From sequence record NC_047713.1: a stretch of 64,000 nt of DNA; one strand, written 5' to 3'. Position 1 is the first letter of the stretch. Every line of letters starts with the position of its first letter. Below, one piece after another: positions 48,275-58,800 of the stretch. The notes beneath the pieces were generated by a model, which worked only from the letters and a program-made list of their open reading frames with translations, was not told the DNA's origin and ran no database searches. A program made the translations under genes and the position numbers.

Positions 48275-48386
48275 ATACCTTTTAGGTTGGGTTGCTATTC
48301 TTGTTTTGTTTATAGCAACACAGAATACTGATGATGACGATGATCCAGAAGGTGGTATGATGGTTCCTTCCACTCAATCTACATAA
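48264..48386 (+). CDS. 40-aa TM peptide with DDDDDPEGGMM tail
   Basis: Hand-translated; followed by a terminator-like hairpin. Confidence 0.6.
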   Translation: MNIEYLLGWVAILVLFIATQNTDDDDDPEGGMMVPSTQST

Positions 48387-48508
48387 CAAAACTACAAGGG
48401 GATTGCTAACAATCCTCTTTTTTTGTATCGTTATTTTGTTTGATTGTTATATATTGTGTGTATTCTCACACAAACCATATACATAGAGTGTAGAACAAGA
48501 GGAGTATT

Positions 48509-48709
48509 ATGTTATCGCATAATCTTATTTCGCATAACCAATTAGAAGGTTGGCGAGAATCTTTTCAGAAGATAGATAAATCTACCAATAGAACAACAGA
48601 CGAACTAAACCTAATTAATGATTACTATGATTGCTTAATAGAGTGTGATGATAACCAATCAGCATGTAAGCGTATCTGTAAACATGTATTGACATCTCCA
48701 CCAATTTAA
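48509..48709 (+). CDS. Cyanobacteria-like small Cys-rich hypothetical protein
   Basis: NDYYDCLIECDD..SACKRIC; GAGGAG RBS. Confidence 0.7.
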   Translation: MLSHNLISHNQLEGWRESFQKIDKSTNRTTDELNLINDYYDCLIECDDNQSACKRICKHVLTSPPI

Positions 48710-48720
48710 ATATGTTAGAA

Positions 48721-48748
48721 TGGAGGGTATAACAACCCTCCTTTTTTT
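48721..48748 (+). terminator. Rho-independent terminator
   Basis: GGAGGG...CCCTCC plus T-run. Confidence 0.75.
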
Positions 48749-48916
48749 ATGCGCTTTGACTTATCCTTGGAAGACTACACTATTATCCTCAACGCCTTAC
48801 ACTACTGGAAGAAAGTAGAGAAGCGTGGCAACTTCAAGCAGTATAATGAGGAGCGAGTCAACGATCTTAGGGACCGAATGGCCCACCAAATCGTCTGGGA
48901 ACAGGGTGAAGAGTAG
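48749..48916 (+). CDS. Small hypothetical protein (55 aa)
   Basis: Hand-translated MRFDLSLEDYTIILNALHYWKK... Confidence 0.55.
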   Translation: MRFDLSLEDYTIILNALHYWKKVEKRGNFKQYNEERVNDLRDRMAHQIVWEQGEE

Positions 48917-49031
48917 CAAATACCACCATTTTCAGGAACCTCTCACCAAACCTTTGGGATACACTATGGAAAAACGGGTTGTTGATCGCCTATAATAAGG
49001 GGGTAGAACACAACTGGAGAGAAAATCCACT

Positions 49032-49415
49032 ATGAAAATCCAACAATCAATGCTTCGTCGTCTCGCCGCTAAGAAGGGGAAGAAGCAGAACGGATTCACA
49101 CTAATTGAACTGATGGTGGTTGTTGCTATCGTTGGTGTATTGTCGGCTGTTGGTCTCCCTCAGTTATTGAAAGCACAAGACCGAGCAAAGATCTCAGTAG
49201 CACAACAGGAAGCAGTCAACTACGCTAAAGAGTGTTCTATCTCCATCCTTACAGGTGGTGATGGTCCTGTCGTTGCTAACTTTTCAACAGTTCCTGCCGA
49301 CCAAACCTGTGCCGCTGGTACTGATGTAACCGCTTTATCTGATACTGAGACAGTAGTAACCTGGACAGTAGAAATGGAAGGCGGCATCCCTGGCGTTCCT
49401 TCTTCCGATGAGTGA
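49032..49415 (+). CDS. Type IV pilin-like protein
   Basis: Basic leader, G|FTLIELMVVVAIVGVLSAVGLP class III signal with Glu at +5, two Cys in the globular part. Confidence 0.9.
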   Translation: MKIQQSMLRRLAAKKGKKQNGFTLIELMVVVAIVGVLSAVGLPQLLKAQDRAKISVAQQEAVNYAKECSISILTGGDGPVVANFSTVPADQTCAAGTDVTALSDTETVVTWTVEMEGGIPGVPSSDE

Positions 49416-49421
49416 TCTATT

Positions 49422-49985
49422 ATGAACCTAATGTCCACCATGGTGGGACTTAGCATCATGGGGGCTTCTGCCCCCGCTATGATGAAAATGTCCATGGCAC
49501 CATATGAAGCACAACTAAGAGCACAAAACCTAGGTGTAGCCGAAACTGCTGCTGTAGTATTCGCCGCTACTTACGAAGGTAAGCTCGAACTCCCAGAAGA
49601 TACAGACACCTGTGTATCAAAACTACGTGAAGGTACTGCAAACGCTTTTAGCGTTACCTGTACTGAAGGTGATGGTAGGTATGTTCAGTCTGTAACTCGT
49701 GCATTCCGTCTAGCTGTTCCCGATGAAGGACTAGACGGTGGTAATGCAACTGATACAAGCAGAGAGTTTGCATTTGAAACTCCTACTCGTTTCTCAGGAC
49801 ACCAATGTCCTGGTTATGATTCCTGGGGAGTCAACGGTTACAATGACAAAAACTACTCTGCCTTAGGTGGAGCTTGTATTCCTAACGATGGATGGAATCA
49901 AACTAATTATCAGTTCTCTGATCCAGACGCTTGGCTTTATGACATCAACAACCGTAATGGTTGGGGAGCACATCCTGACTACTAA
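49422..49985 (+). CDS. Pilin-like/secreted Cys-containing protein
   Basis: N-terminal hydrophobic helix without a G|F site; Cys pairs; adjacent to the pilin. Confidence 0.6.
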   Translation: MNLMSTMVGLSIMGASAPAMMKMSMAPYEAQLRAQNLGVAETAAVVFAATYEGKLELPEDTDTCVSKLREGTANAFSVTCTEGDGRYVQSVTRAFRLAVPDEGLDGGNATDTSREFAFETPTRFSGHQCPGYDSWGVNGYNDKNYSALGGACIPNDGWNQTNYQFSDPDAWLYDINNRNGWGAHPDY

Positions 49986-50167
49986 TGATTGAGTTACTCG
50001 CATCTAGCATTATCATTTACGGTAATGCCAACGGGGTGTGGTCTCCCTCACATCCCGATATTTATCCTTATTCAGAACCACCTACACGAGTAGAAAAACC
50101 TGAAACTCCAAAAACATCTACGACTAGCGGAAATGGAGATATCATTTTCCCTCAACTATTAGAATAA
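49985..50167 (+). CDS. Small hypothetical protein
   Basis: ORF track; TAATG overlap. Confidence 0.55.
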   Translation: MIELLASSIIIYGNANGVWSPSHPDIYPYSEPPTRVEKPETPKTSTTSGNGDIIFPQLLE

Positions 50168-50188
50168 CTAAAACTAGGAAACACACAC

Positions 50189-50211
50189 AGGAGGGCAACC
50201 CTCCTTTTTTT
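50189..50211 (+). terminator. Terminator closing the pilin operon
   Basis: AGGAGGG-caa-CCCTCCT plus T-run. Confidence 0.8.
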
Positions 50212-50226
50212 GTGCTATAATTACTA

Positions 50227-50526
50227 GTGAGTTGTGAGACTACTATGGATGAAAGAATAAGAACTTTATATGTCTTTCAGTCAGAAGAGCGTCTCATAAC
50301 TCATGACGGGCATGTTCAACTAGGTTGTCACAACATGACTATGGAAGAGTTTATGTCTTTCGATAGGGAGAATATCCGATACATCGAAACCTACTGGTTG
50401 CCTGATGTATTTGGAAATAGGTATAAGCGTTCTAACTTCCAAGCACACCAGAGGGTATCTGGGGAGAAGGGTGTATTAGAACTATCTAATAACCAACCAG
50501 GAAACAGACTTGATAGGTCTGTATAA
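50227..50526 (+). CDS. Conserved cyanophage hypothetical protein
   Basis: ORF track. Confidence 0.65.
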   Translation: MSCETTMDERIRTLYVFQSEERLITHDGHVQLGCHNMTMEEFMSFDRENIRYIETYWLPDVFGNRYKRSNFQAHQRVSGEKGVLELSNNQPGNRLDRSV

Positions 50527-50554
50527 GGCACCTATATACACAAAAAGGATTCCT

Positions 50555-50764
50555 ATGGGACCTATAATTGTATTTGCTTGTTTTCTACCTATAGTTGCTA
50601 TATTCATTGTAATAAAACTAGCTGTTTGGGTAGAAGCTGTTAACTCCGAAACAAACTATGTCAGAGAAGAACCTTCAAGACAACGAGGACCTTGGGTGGA
50701 AAACCCATATGAGGATATTGATGTTGAGGAAGAGGAGTATGGAGATCGCACAGACTATCGATGA
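50555..50764 (+). CDS. Small membrane protein
   Basis: Track ORF trimmed to ATG 50555. Confidence 0.6.
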   Translation: MGPIIVFACFLPIVAIFIVIKLAVWVEAVNSETNYVREEPSRQRGPWVENPYEDIDVEEEEYGDRTDYR

Positions 50765-50891
50765 AGCGATTAACGACTATTATTCGCTTCATGGACTCCC
50801 TGTTCCCGATTGGAAACTGAAAAAGAATCCAGACTGGTGGATTGAATACTTACTTTCTCTTGGATTAACTGATAACAATGAACCCCTTTAA
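50739..50891 (+). CDS. Small conserved hypothetical protein
   Basis: Track ORF trimmed to ATG 50739; GAGGAG RBS. Confidence 0.6.
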   Translation: MEIAQTIDEAINDYYSLHGLPVPDWKLKKNPDWWIEYLLSLGLTDNNEPL

Positions 50892-51048
50892 GATACTCGG
50901 ACCTTTCCTGAACCTATTGGTGGTGTATAGTCTATGGTATTCTGACTTATACAGTAGGAATCGATACTACGCATATGGTATTGTACTACTACACATTCTC
51001 GTACTGGCATCAATTCCAACCATACCCGCAATTCTATATTGGTATTAA
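50878..51048 (+). CDS. Small membrane protein (56 aa)
   Basis: Hand-translated; two hydrophobic stretches. Confidence 0.5.
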   Translation: MNPFKILGPFLNLLVVYSLWYSDLYSRNRYYAYGIVLLHILVLASIPTIPAILYWY

Positions 51049-51050
51049 TT

Positions 51051-51701
51051 ATGAAGATCTTTTTAGACACTGCTGACTTGAATGAGATCAGAGAAGCATC
51101 ATCCACTGGTTTGATTGATGGGGTGACTACCAACCCAACACTCATTCTAAAGAGTGGTAATGACCTATACTCCACTGCAAAACTATTACAACTAGAATAC
51201 CCCACATTTGAGAGTATCTCCACTGAGGTGGTTGCAGACACCGCAGAGGAGATGGTAGAACAGGCACGTCAGTATCTTAATATTGGATCTGCAATCACTG
51301 TTAAGGTTCCTTGTACTGTAGAGGGTCTTAAGGCGTGTAGAACACTCTCAGAGGAGGGTGTGAAGACCAATGTGACCCTTGTGTTCTCTGTATCCCAGGC
51401 TATCCTGGCAGCTAAGTCAGGAGCCACCTACGTGTCTCCCTTTGTTGGTAGGGTGAATGATAACTCCTTCAGTGGAGTTGCACTTATCCAAGCTATCTCA
51501 GAGACCTTCTCCCTACACAGGGTGAAGACAGAGGTATTGGCAGCTTCAGTTCGTGAAGCAAACCAAGTAGGACGTTGTTTTGCAGCTGGTGCTGACATTT
51601 GCACCATCCCAACTAAAGTATTCTGGAAGATGTACGAGCACATTCTCACAGAGAAAGGTTTAGAACTCTTCCAAAAGGACTGGGAGAACTCAGTACGATA
51701 A
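51051..51701 (+). CDS. talC: Transaldolase (TalC/Fsa family)
   Basis: MKIFLDTAD, GVTTNPTLI, VKVP, TNVTLVFS, YVSPFVGR. Confidence 0.95.
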   Translation: MKIFLDTADLNEIREASSTGLIDGVTTNPTLILKSGNDLYSTAKLLQLEYPTFESISTEVVADTAEEMVEQARQYLNIGSAITVKVPCTVEGLKACRTLSEEGVKTNVTLVFSVSQAILAAKSGATYVSPFVGRVNDNSFSGVALIQAISETFSLHRVKTEVLAASVREANQVGRCFAAGADICTIPTKVFWKMYEHILTEKGLELFQKDWENSVR

Positions 51702-51764
51702 AGTGTGAATATCCACACTTTAAGTATTATATAAATATTAAAGAATACATATTTCTTTGCATAA

Positions 51765-51971
51765 ATGAAACGTCCAGCCTTTTATTTGGTTGCGAGTGTT
51801 GTTATTGTTCAGATGTTAATGGCGGCGGGGGTATTATTTGGTTGTTTTGCACGACCGGATCCCCGTTGTACCGGAGATAAGGCATCTGATTTACTGAATA
51901 ATATTATTGTACAAACTTTCGCACTCTATGCGGCTGAGAAAGTTTCCCATAAAGATGATAAACAAGTATAG
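51765..51971 (+). CDS. Small membrane hypothetical protein
   Basis: ORF track; TATAAATA upstream. Confidence 0.6.
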   Translation: MKRPAFYLVASVVIVQMLMAAGVLFGCFARPDPRCTGDKASDLLNNIIVQTFALYAAEKVSHKDDKQV

Positions 51972-52010
51972 TGTGGTAGAATAGGGGAGAACACCTCCAC
52001 CTATTTTTTT

Positions 52011-52499
52011 ATGCCTATCAATAAAGAGTATTATGATAAATGGTATGGGATATGGAGTTCCCAGTCAGAAGATGTATTGGAAGTTACTGCCTTAGTTAGA
52101 GCTATTGAATGTACTAATGGGTGTATTCAGTGGGCGTTTAGGGACGATGATGACAGGTCACTACCCATTGAGAAGACCAGAGAGGCTATGAAACTCTCCA
52201 TGGGTGTGATGAAGAATAAGGTTTTACCATTCCCTGATGGTGGGAAGTTTGTTATCCCAGAGGATGTAGTTCCCCTCATGGATAAGTCCAGAGATATTTA
52301 CATTAGAGGATTCAAACAAGGTGATGAGGATGCCTACCAAGAGTTTATGGCACTATCCAAGTCACACTTTGTTGTAATGGGTAGAGAGAGGATGGATAGA
52401 AACTTCCAGAAGGTGAAGGATCATTTCATAGATGTGTTTAGTGACTACTGGATTGAGATGGGTAGGGGATATGTTTATGCCCTTGGGGAGTATGTATAA
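52011..52499 (+). CDS. Hypothetical protein
   Basis: ORF track. Confidence 0.75.
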   Translation: MPINKEYYDKWYGIWSSQSEDVLEVTALVRAIECTNGCIQWAFRDDDDRSLPIEKTREAMKLSMGVMKNKVLPFPDGGKFVIPEDVVPLMDKSRDIYIRGFKQGDEDAYQEFMALSKSHFVVMGRERMDRNFQKVKDHFIDVFSDYWIEMGRGYVYALGEYV

Positions 52500-52523
52500 A
52501 TATCTGGTATCGCTTCTCCTCCA

Positions 52524-52715
52524 ATGGACGAAAATAGTGCATCACGTATTTTAGATTCAGCAGGAAAAGGTGGGCATGTTAATCCTACCGCCCTGGCTGT
52601 TACCATACGTGCCGCAGTGAAGGAATGTCTAGACCATAATGGTATGGTTAGTATGTCATCCCTCTACGAACTCAGTTGTCAGTTGGAAAAGAAGGGAAAA
52701 GAGTGGTATGATTAG
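52524..52715 (+). CDS. Hypothetical protein
   Basis: ORF track. Confidence 0.6.
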   Translation: MDENSASRILDSAGKGGHVNPTALAVTIRAAVKECLDHNGMVSMSSLYELSCQLEKKGKEWYD

Positions 52716-52735
52716 TAAACTTATTTGGTGATGTC

Positions 52736-52936
52736 ATGAGTGAAAAACTTTGGGTGAAGATGGCGGAAGTATTCTACAATAAGGATGCCGAGACCGCAGA
52801 GCGAATGGGAGTTGAGAACTTCTTCAATAAAGCAGCATCTAGAATGATTGCAGTTGTTGCTGAGAGTATTGATGGGGAGGAGAGACTATACCTAGAAGAG
52901 CAATCCAAAATAGCAGAGGCTGAGCAACGAGTATGA
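52736..52936 (+). CDS. Hypothetical protein
   Basis: ORF track. Confidence 0.6.
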   Translation: MSEKLWVKMAEVFYNKDAETAERMGVENFFNKAASRMIAVVAESIDGEERLYLEEQSKIAEAEQRV

Positions 52937-53160
52937 ACACTTACTATGTGATAGTATACACACTAGTATTCTTTGTTGGTGTGTGTATTATTGAACCCAA
53001 CCTACTCAAGTGGATAGAACTCCAGTTTAAGTGGGCAGGTATAAACGTTAGAAGAGCTATACTTATCGTTCAATTTCATCCACGTAACTTTGTTACCAAC
53101 TGGATAATTCGTAGGAAGTTTCAGAAGATTATCAGAGAACATAGTCAACCTAAAGAGTAG
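52933..53160 (+). CDS. Small membrane hypothetical protein
   Basis: ORF track; ATGA overlap. Confidence 0.65.
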   Translation: MNTYYVIVYTLVFFVGVCIIEPNLLKWIELQFKWAGINVRRAILIVQFHPRNFVTNWIIRRKFQKIIREHSQPKE

Positions 53161-53169
53161 GAGTTAGTT

Positions 53170-53346
53170 GTGATTGAGACTTTGGCATTTGTTTTCCTTT
53201 CATGCCAAGATGCACGTCAGGTTGCAGATCGTGCAATGAATACTGAGAGTATTACCAAAGAAGTAGCCATAGAAGTTATTATTGAACTTGATATAGCTTC
53301 TGGCGGCAAATGTAACTTACCTGGAATAACTGATGGGCATGTTTGA
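53170..53346 (+). CDS. Small hypothetical protein (58 aa, GTG start)
   Basis: Hand-translated; AGGAG RBS. Confidence 0.5.
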   Translation: MIETLAFVFLSCQDARQVADRAMNTESITKEVAIEVIIELDIASGGKCNLPGITDGHV

Positions 53347-53722
53347 TACTATAAGATGCTCCTATGATATTGGAGAACTCACTGATGTAGAATGTCAGTC
53401 TAAGAATATAGATGATTGGGGAGGCACTATGTCTTTCTATTGGGTAGATCCTAATGGGAGGTTGTGGTCTCCCAGTTATGCTGGAACCTATGACTTTGTT
53501 CCTGAAGAAGGACCCTTCCCTGAGCTTGGAAAGGGGAAGCTTAGTCATGTACAATATTTGGGTACTAAACCTAATGGAACTCATGGGAAGTATCAGTTCA
53601 TACCTATGACACGATGTATAGAAATATATGATACAAAAACACATGCGGATGGGTATGTAGAGTTTGTGACATGTTACTTGTCATTCTACCAAGGACTACT
53701 GAGAGATTACTTTTATAAATAA
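53333..53722 (+). CDS. Hypothetical protein
   Basis: ORF track; MGMFDTIRC. Confidence 0.75.
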   Translation: MGMFDTIRCSYDIGELTDVECQSKNIDDWGGTMSFYWVDPNGRLWSPSYAGTYDFVPEEGPFPELGKGKLSHVQYLGTKPNGTHGKYQFIPMTRCIEIYDTKTHADGYVEFVTCYLSFYQGLLRDYFYK

Positions 53723-53747
53723 GTCCATACAGAGTTGTTTTTAACCA

Positions 53748-55220
53748 ATGGATCTCCAATCATATATCCAACTTAAAGAGGCGTACACCAACGTCCACTC
53801 CCCAAAGGTAGAAGTCACTAGAGAAGAAGTTGATTCTTTCATTGATGCCTTATTGGAAGAAGGATACGATCTAAGTGAGTTTACTTGGGAAGAAGTCCGT
53901 GATGCTTACCTAGAAGAGGGTATTGCTAATAATCCTCGTTATGGAGTTATTGGTCAAGGTGCAAGACTTCTTCAGAAAGGTTTTGGTAACAAACAACAGG
54001 GAGATGCTGCTAGGGATTATGAGACATCTGTAAATAATATTAATAGTCGTAGAAATCAAAATTCTAGTACATCAACTGCAACTGCTAACGAGATTGCAGC
54101 AGAAACCAAAGGTAGGAAAGCTCAGACAGGTGGTGGATCTAGTTCTAGTGGATCAGGTGGATCAGGTGGATCAAGTCTCTCTGATTCTGTTGCTAGAAAA
54201 CAGAAAGAGGCTGATGCCAAACGCGCAAGACAAAGGGAGACTGGTGGAACTGGAGCCACCGACAATAAGCCCGCTGGTGGTTCTGGCGGTTCTGGTGGCT
54301 CCGGTGGCTCCGGTGGTTCTGGTGGATCCGGTGGCGGCAGTAATAGACCAGTAGCAAAGGCTAAGCCAGTACAGACAGCACAACAGAAGGCAGACTCTTC
54401 TACTAACGCACAGTATGACAAGTTGAGGAAGTCTGATCCAGCTGCCGCTAAGAAGTTTGGTATGGCTGCATCACAGAAGAAGTTTGGTAATCAACTAAAG
54501 CCAAAGACTCCAAATCCATTGATGAGGGGTATGAATACTGCTTCTACTAAGCCAGCAACTACTCCCAAACCAGCAACTACTCCTAAGCCAACAACTCCAG
54601 TAGCAGACTCATCTCCTGTTAGGGCAATGAGTAAGACTACCCCCACACCAGCTGCCTCCAAGCCAAAGGCAACACCCATCAAGTCAAGTCGCCTAAACAA
54701 GGCACTATCCAGTGTTGGTGAAGCAGTGGAATTTGATTCCTTTGATATCATCCTAGAATACCTAGTTGATTCTGGTTTCCCACAACAGGAAGCTCTCGTC
54801 ATCATGGCGGAAATGCCTGAAGAGAAACGCGAAGAGATTCTCGAAGCTATGAAGCATCGTGACGCCAAGACTGGTGAAGTCACAGACAAGCCTGAAATTG
54901 GCAAGACATACTACCCCCATGGTGAGCGTCAGAAGTCTTCTGTAGCTCTTCGCAAAGAGAAGGAGAGGGCAGATGCTAAAAAGAAATCAGTGAAGGAGGA
55001 TAGAGCTTCCCTCGCAGATGCCTATCGGGCAGTTTATTCTGAGGAAGCTTCCGATACTAAAAAGGATAAGCACCTAGAGCGTGGTGGTCACTCTGCTAAG
55101 ACTGACTATAGTAAGCCACCTTCTACTGGTAACACCTTCGGTAAGAAGCCATCTATGAGTGAGGAAGATCGTAGTGAGGCTATGGCTAAGATTGTGGCTA
55201 GAATGAAAGGTAAGAAATAA
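53748..55220 (+). CDS. Late low-complexity protein, probable internal head protein
   Basis: TATAAATA near 53714; LKEAY/LADAY repeats; G/S and PATTPK linkers. Confidence 0.65.
   Translation: MDLQSYIQLKEAYTNVHSPKVEVTREEVDSFIDALLEEGYDLSEFTWEEVRDAYLEEGIANNPRYGVIGQGARLLQKGFGNKQQGDAARDYETSVNNINSRRNQNSSTSTATANEIAAETKGRKAQTGGGSSSSGSGGSGGSSLSDSVARKQKEADAKRARQRETGGTGATDNKPAGGSGGSGGSGGSGGSGGSGGGSNRPVAKAKPVQTAQQKADSSTNAQYDKLRKSDPAAAKKFGMAASQKKFGNQLKPKTPNPLMRGMNTASTKPATTPKPATTPKPTTPVADSSPVRAMSKTTPTPAASKPKATPIKSSRLNKALSSVGEAVEFDSFDIILEYLVDSGFPQQEALVIMAEMPEEKREEILEAMKHRDAKTGEVTDKPEIGKTYYPHGERQKSSVALRKEKERADAKKKSVKEDRASLADAYRAVYSEEASDTKKDKHLERGGHSAKTDYSKPPSTGNTFGKKPSMSEEDRSEAMAKIVARMKGKK
54276..54340 (+). 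repeat. 9-bp coding repeat encoding (GGS)n
   Basis: GGTGGTTCTGGCGGTTCTGGTGGCTCCGGTGGCTCC... Confidence 0.85.
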
Positions 55221-55232
55221 TAGTGTTATAAT

Positions 55233-55264
55233 AACCCCATAGGTCCATTCCCATGGGGTTTTTT
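55233..55264 (+). terminator. Rho-independent terminator
   Basis: AACCCCAT...ATGGGGTT plus T-run. Confidence 0.75.
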
Positions 55265-55298
55265 GTTATGAATACATAAAACTAAATGGACTTACTCC

Positions 55299-55673
55299 AT
55301 GAATACATATGGTTCTCCCGAAGGTTATCTCTTTAACCTTCATACCTGCTCAGCATCAGAAGCGAAGCGAATGTGGAAAGAATCTATAAAGAATGATTGG
55401 AAACATAAATGTGCTTATTGTGGATCAGAACATGAAATTACTTTAGATCATATAGTACCCAAAGCAAAAGGGGGCACTAGTCACACAACCAATATCGTAG
55501 CCTGCTGTCGTTCTTGTAACGCCAGTAAGGCATATGAGGATTGGATTATCTGGTATATTCAACAGCCATTCTTCACTGAAGAGAGGAGGGAGGCTATTGA
55601 AAAGTGGATGGAGAAGGGTCTCCTCAACAATAACTTAGTTGCATATCCACCCAGAAGAAATGTCGTTTATTGA
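55299..55673 (+). CDS. HNH endonuclease
   Basis: CAYCG..TLDHIVPKAKGG..NIVACCRSCNASK. Confidence 0.92.
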   Translation: MNTYGSPEGYLFNLHTCSASEAKRMWKESIKNDWKHKCAYCGSEHEITLDHIVPKAKGGTSHTTNIVACCRSCNASKAYEDWIIWYIQQPFFTEERREAIEKWMEKGLLNNNLVAYPPRRNVVY

Positions 55674-55679
55674 GTCTTT

Positions 55680-55808
55680 ATGGATTCCTATCACCCGTCT
55701 AGGGCAGATCAAGAACTAGAACTAGAACAGCAAGAACTAAAAACAATCATAGGAGGATCTATACTATCCTTCTTCACTGTACTTATACCTTTTATTATAC
55801 TTCTCTAA
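55680..55808 (+). CDS. 42-aa peptide with C-terminal TM
   Basis: Hand-translated. Confidence 0.45.
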   Translation: MDSYHPSRADQELELEQQELKTIIGGSILSFFTVLIPFIILL

Positions 55809-55827
55809 AACCTTTCAGTTCAGGCGA

Positions 55828-55835
55828 TATAAATA
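55828..55835 (+). promoter_or_regulatory. T4-type late promoter for the giant ORF
   Basis: TATAAATA about 55 nt upstream of ATG 55890. Confidence 0.75.
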
Positions 55836-55889
55836 AACCTAAGAAGAGTATATGCGTTCTTCGTCGGATAGCCTGAATCGACAAAAGAG

Positions 55890-58800
55890 ATGATCTCAAC
55901 AGCGACTAAGATTAAATTTAAAAGGTCTGGTGTAGCCGGACGTAGACCCTCCTTAGCTGATCTTCAGTTAGGTGAATTGGGGATCAATTATAACGATGGT
56001 AAACTATTTTTCCGACAGGAAAATGAAGTAGTTGGCTCTCGTATCATTGAACCTGGACAGGGTGATGTAATCGGTAAGACTATTTTCGTATCCACAAAGG
56101 GTAACGATAACAATAGTGGTCTTAACGAAAGGGATGCCAAGAGAACTGTTAAAGCGGCCGCCGCAGTAGCAGAACCTGGTGACTCCATCAAACTGTATCC
56201 AGGTCAGTACATCGAAGATAACCCTATCGTATTTAAGGATAGGGTATCTGTAGAGGGTATGGAGCTTCGTAACGTTCTCGTTACTCCAGCCAACCCCAGT
56301 AAAGACTTGTATCAAGTTGGTGAGGCGTTCCACGCTACCAACCATTCCTTTGTGTCCAATAGGGATTCAACAGATGGTGCCTCTATTATCACCTATCGTC
56401 CTCTAGAGGGAACTGCGTCTGACAGGTATTTTGACGCGGCTAGACTCATCAGGGACAATCTTAGCTTCATTGCTAACGAGACAGTAGGTTTCCTAACCAG
56501 TGGATATTCAGGCTTTGCCGCTGGTCAGAGATCACAGGACGCTGCTCGTGCTCTAGAACTAAACAAGAACTTCATAGTAGAAGAAGCATTTCAATATATC
56601 AACTCTCCTGATTATACAGGAGCCACATACTTCAACCCAGACCCAGCACAGTGTAAGAGAGACCTAGGAAATATCATTGATGGTTGGAGATATGATCTCA
56701 TCTCTGATGGTAACACCAGATCTACTGGTCTTGGTCTAACCTACTACGCACCTATTCCCTTTGTGAATAGTGCTAATGTTGCTGACCTTGTATACAACAG
56801 AAATAACGGTGATGTTCTAATTGAAACCGACGTAGATACACAGGTTTCAGTTGGTGAGAAGATCAAACTACAGGATATCAGACTAGAGTGTGGTTCCTAC
56901 AACAACGATTTCCTCATCACTGGTTTCAAGTATGATAATACCAGTGGTATTGGAACAGTCAATCTACCATTCATTCATAACGTCAAGGTTGGAGACCTTG
57001 TTAAGTTTGATGGTTTAGAGTTTGATTGTCCTGCCTATGGTGCCATTGAATATGGTATCCAAGACTTCAAGTATAATGAAACTACTGGTGGAAGTGTTGT
57101 CACACTCACCGAAGATCACGATCTAAAGATTGGTGACACCATTGAACTAAGAGACCTTCAGTTCGATTGTCCCGCCTATGGTGGTGACTTCACTAACATC
57201 ATCAACCTAGAATACAATAAGACCAGTGGTCAGGGTGTTATCACATATGACAAACCCGCCGATCTCAAGTCTGGTGACGTTGTTATCCTCTATGACCTCA
57301 CACTAACTTGTGATGCTTATGGTAACGCTATCTCAGTTACTGATTTCTCTTATGATAACTTCACTGGTATCACTGAAGTAGAAGTAAATAGACCCCACAA
57401 CCTCCGTCCCGGAGACCTAATCAAACTAGAGAACCTTAAGTTCTCTTGTGATTCCTACCTTAATGAAACATACAAGGTCTCTAACTTTGTATATAATGAG
57501 AGCACTGGTGATAGTGTCCTCACCCTAACTGAACCACATAGTTTAGTTGCTGGTAAGAACGTCAGACTTGCTGACCTAGTTTTCTCCTGTAACTCCTATG
57601 TTCCAACCGCCAAAGCAATCTCTGATTTCCAGTATGATGAAGTAGTTGGTATCTCTACTATTACTCTAGCATCTCCACACAACTTATCAGTTGGTGAGCA
57701 GTTCAGACTAGAGGACCTAGTATTCTCCTGTAACTCATACTCCTTCACTGATATTCCTATCATTGATGCACCATATGATAATGTAACTGGTTATGTAACC
57801 CTATCGTTCTCTGGTGACCACGGACAACAGGTTGGTGAGAGAGTAAGACTCAGAGATATTGAGTACTCCTGCCCTGGTGGTTCAGGTATCACTACAACCT
57901 TGTTCCCTGATGGAACCTTTGGTTATGAGTTTGAAATCCTAAGTGTTCCAAACACTAAGAAGATGATTCTTAATGTTGGCACCTCCACTATTGAACACTC
58001 CTATGTGAGTGGTGGTACTGCTACCGTTGGTATTACAACTACTATCTTCCCTGATGGAACACAAGGTTTCGACTTCAATGTATCCAGTGTTAATAGTTCC
58101 ACTGTTATCGAAGCAAGTGTTGGTATTTCTACCATCGCTCACAACTATGTTTCTGGTGGATCATTATTCGTTGGTTTCACTACCACAGTATTCCCCGATG
58201 GAACACAAGGTGATACCTTCAGAGTTAATTCTATCCCTTCTAGCACTCAAATCAGTGTTAATGTTGGTGTATCTTCTATCGCCCATACTTTCGTATCTGG
58301 TGGTACAGCAACTGACCTAGACTCTTTCATCCCTGTATCTGGTTTCACCTACAATGAAGGTGACGGAACTGGACTAGTATCCCTAGACAAGGCACACAAC
58401 CTAGTGGTTGGTGACTCTTTTGTTCTAGAGGATCTTAAGTTCAACTGTAACTCCTACAGAACAGGTGGTACTTCTACTATTGATATCACTAACTTTGAGT
58501 ATGATAAGGTAACCGGACTATCTACAGTCACACTATCTTCTTCACACAACCTACATGTTAATGATACCGTAGCACTATATGATATCAAGTTCTCTTGTCC
58601 TGGTGGTTCAGGTATTACAACTAATATCTTCCCCGATGGAACCAGAGACAACTTCTATGATGTAGTTGCTGACCTAAACCCCAACCAGATTATTGTTCGT
58701 GTTGGTAAGTCTGACATTACTCACACATACGCTAGTGGTGGTAGTCTATCCGTTGGTATCACTACTAACATCTTCCCTGATGGAACTAGACCTTCTGGTG

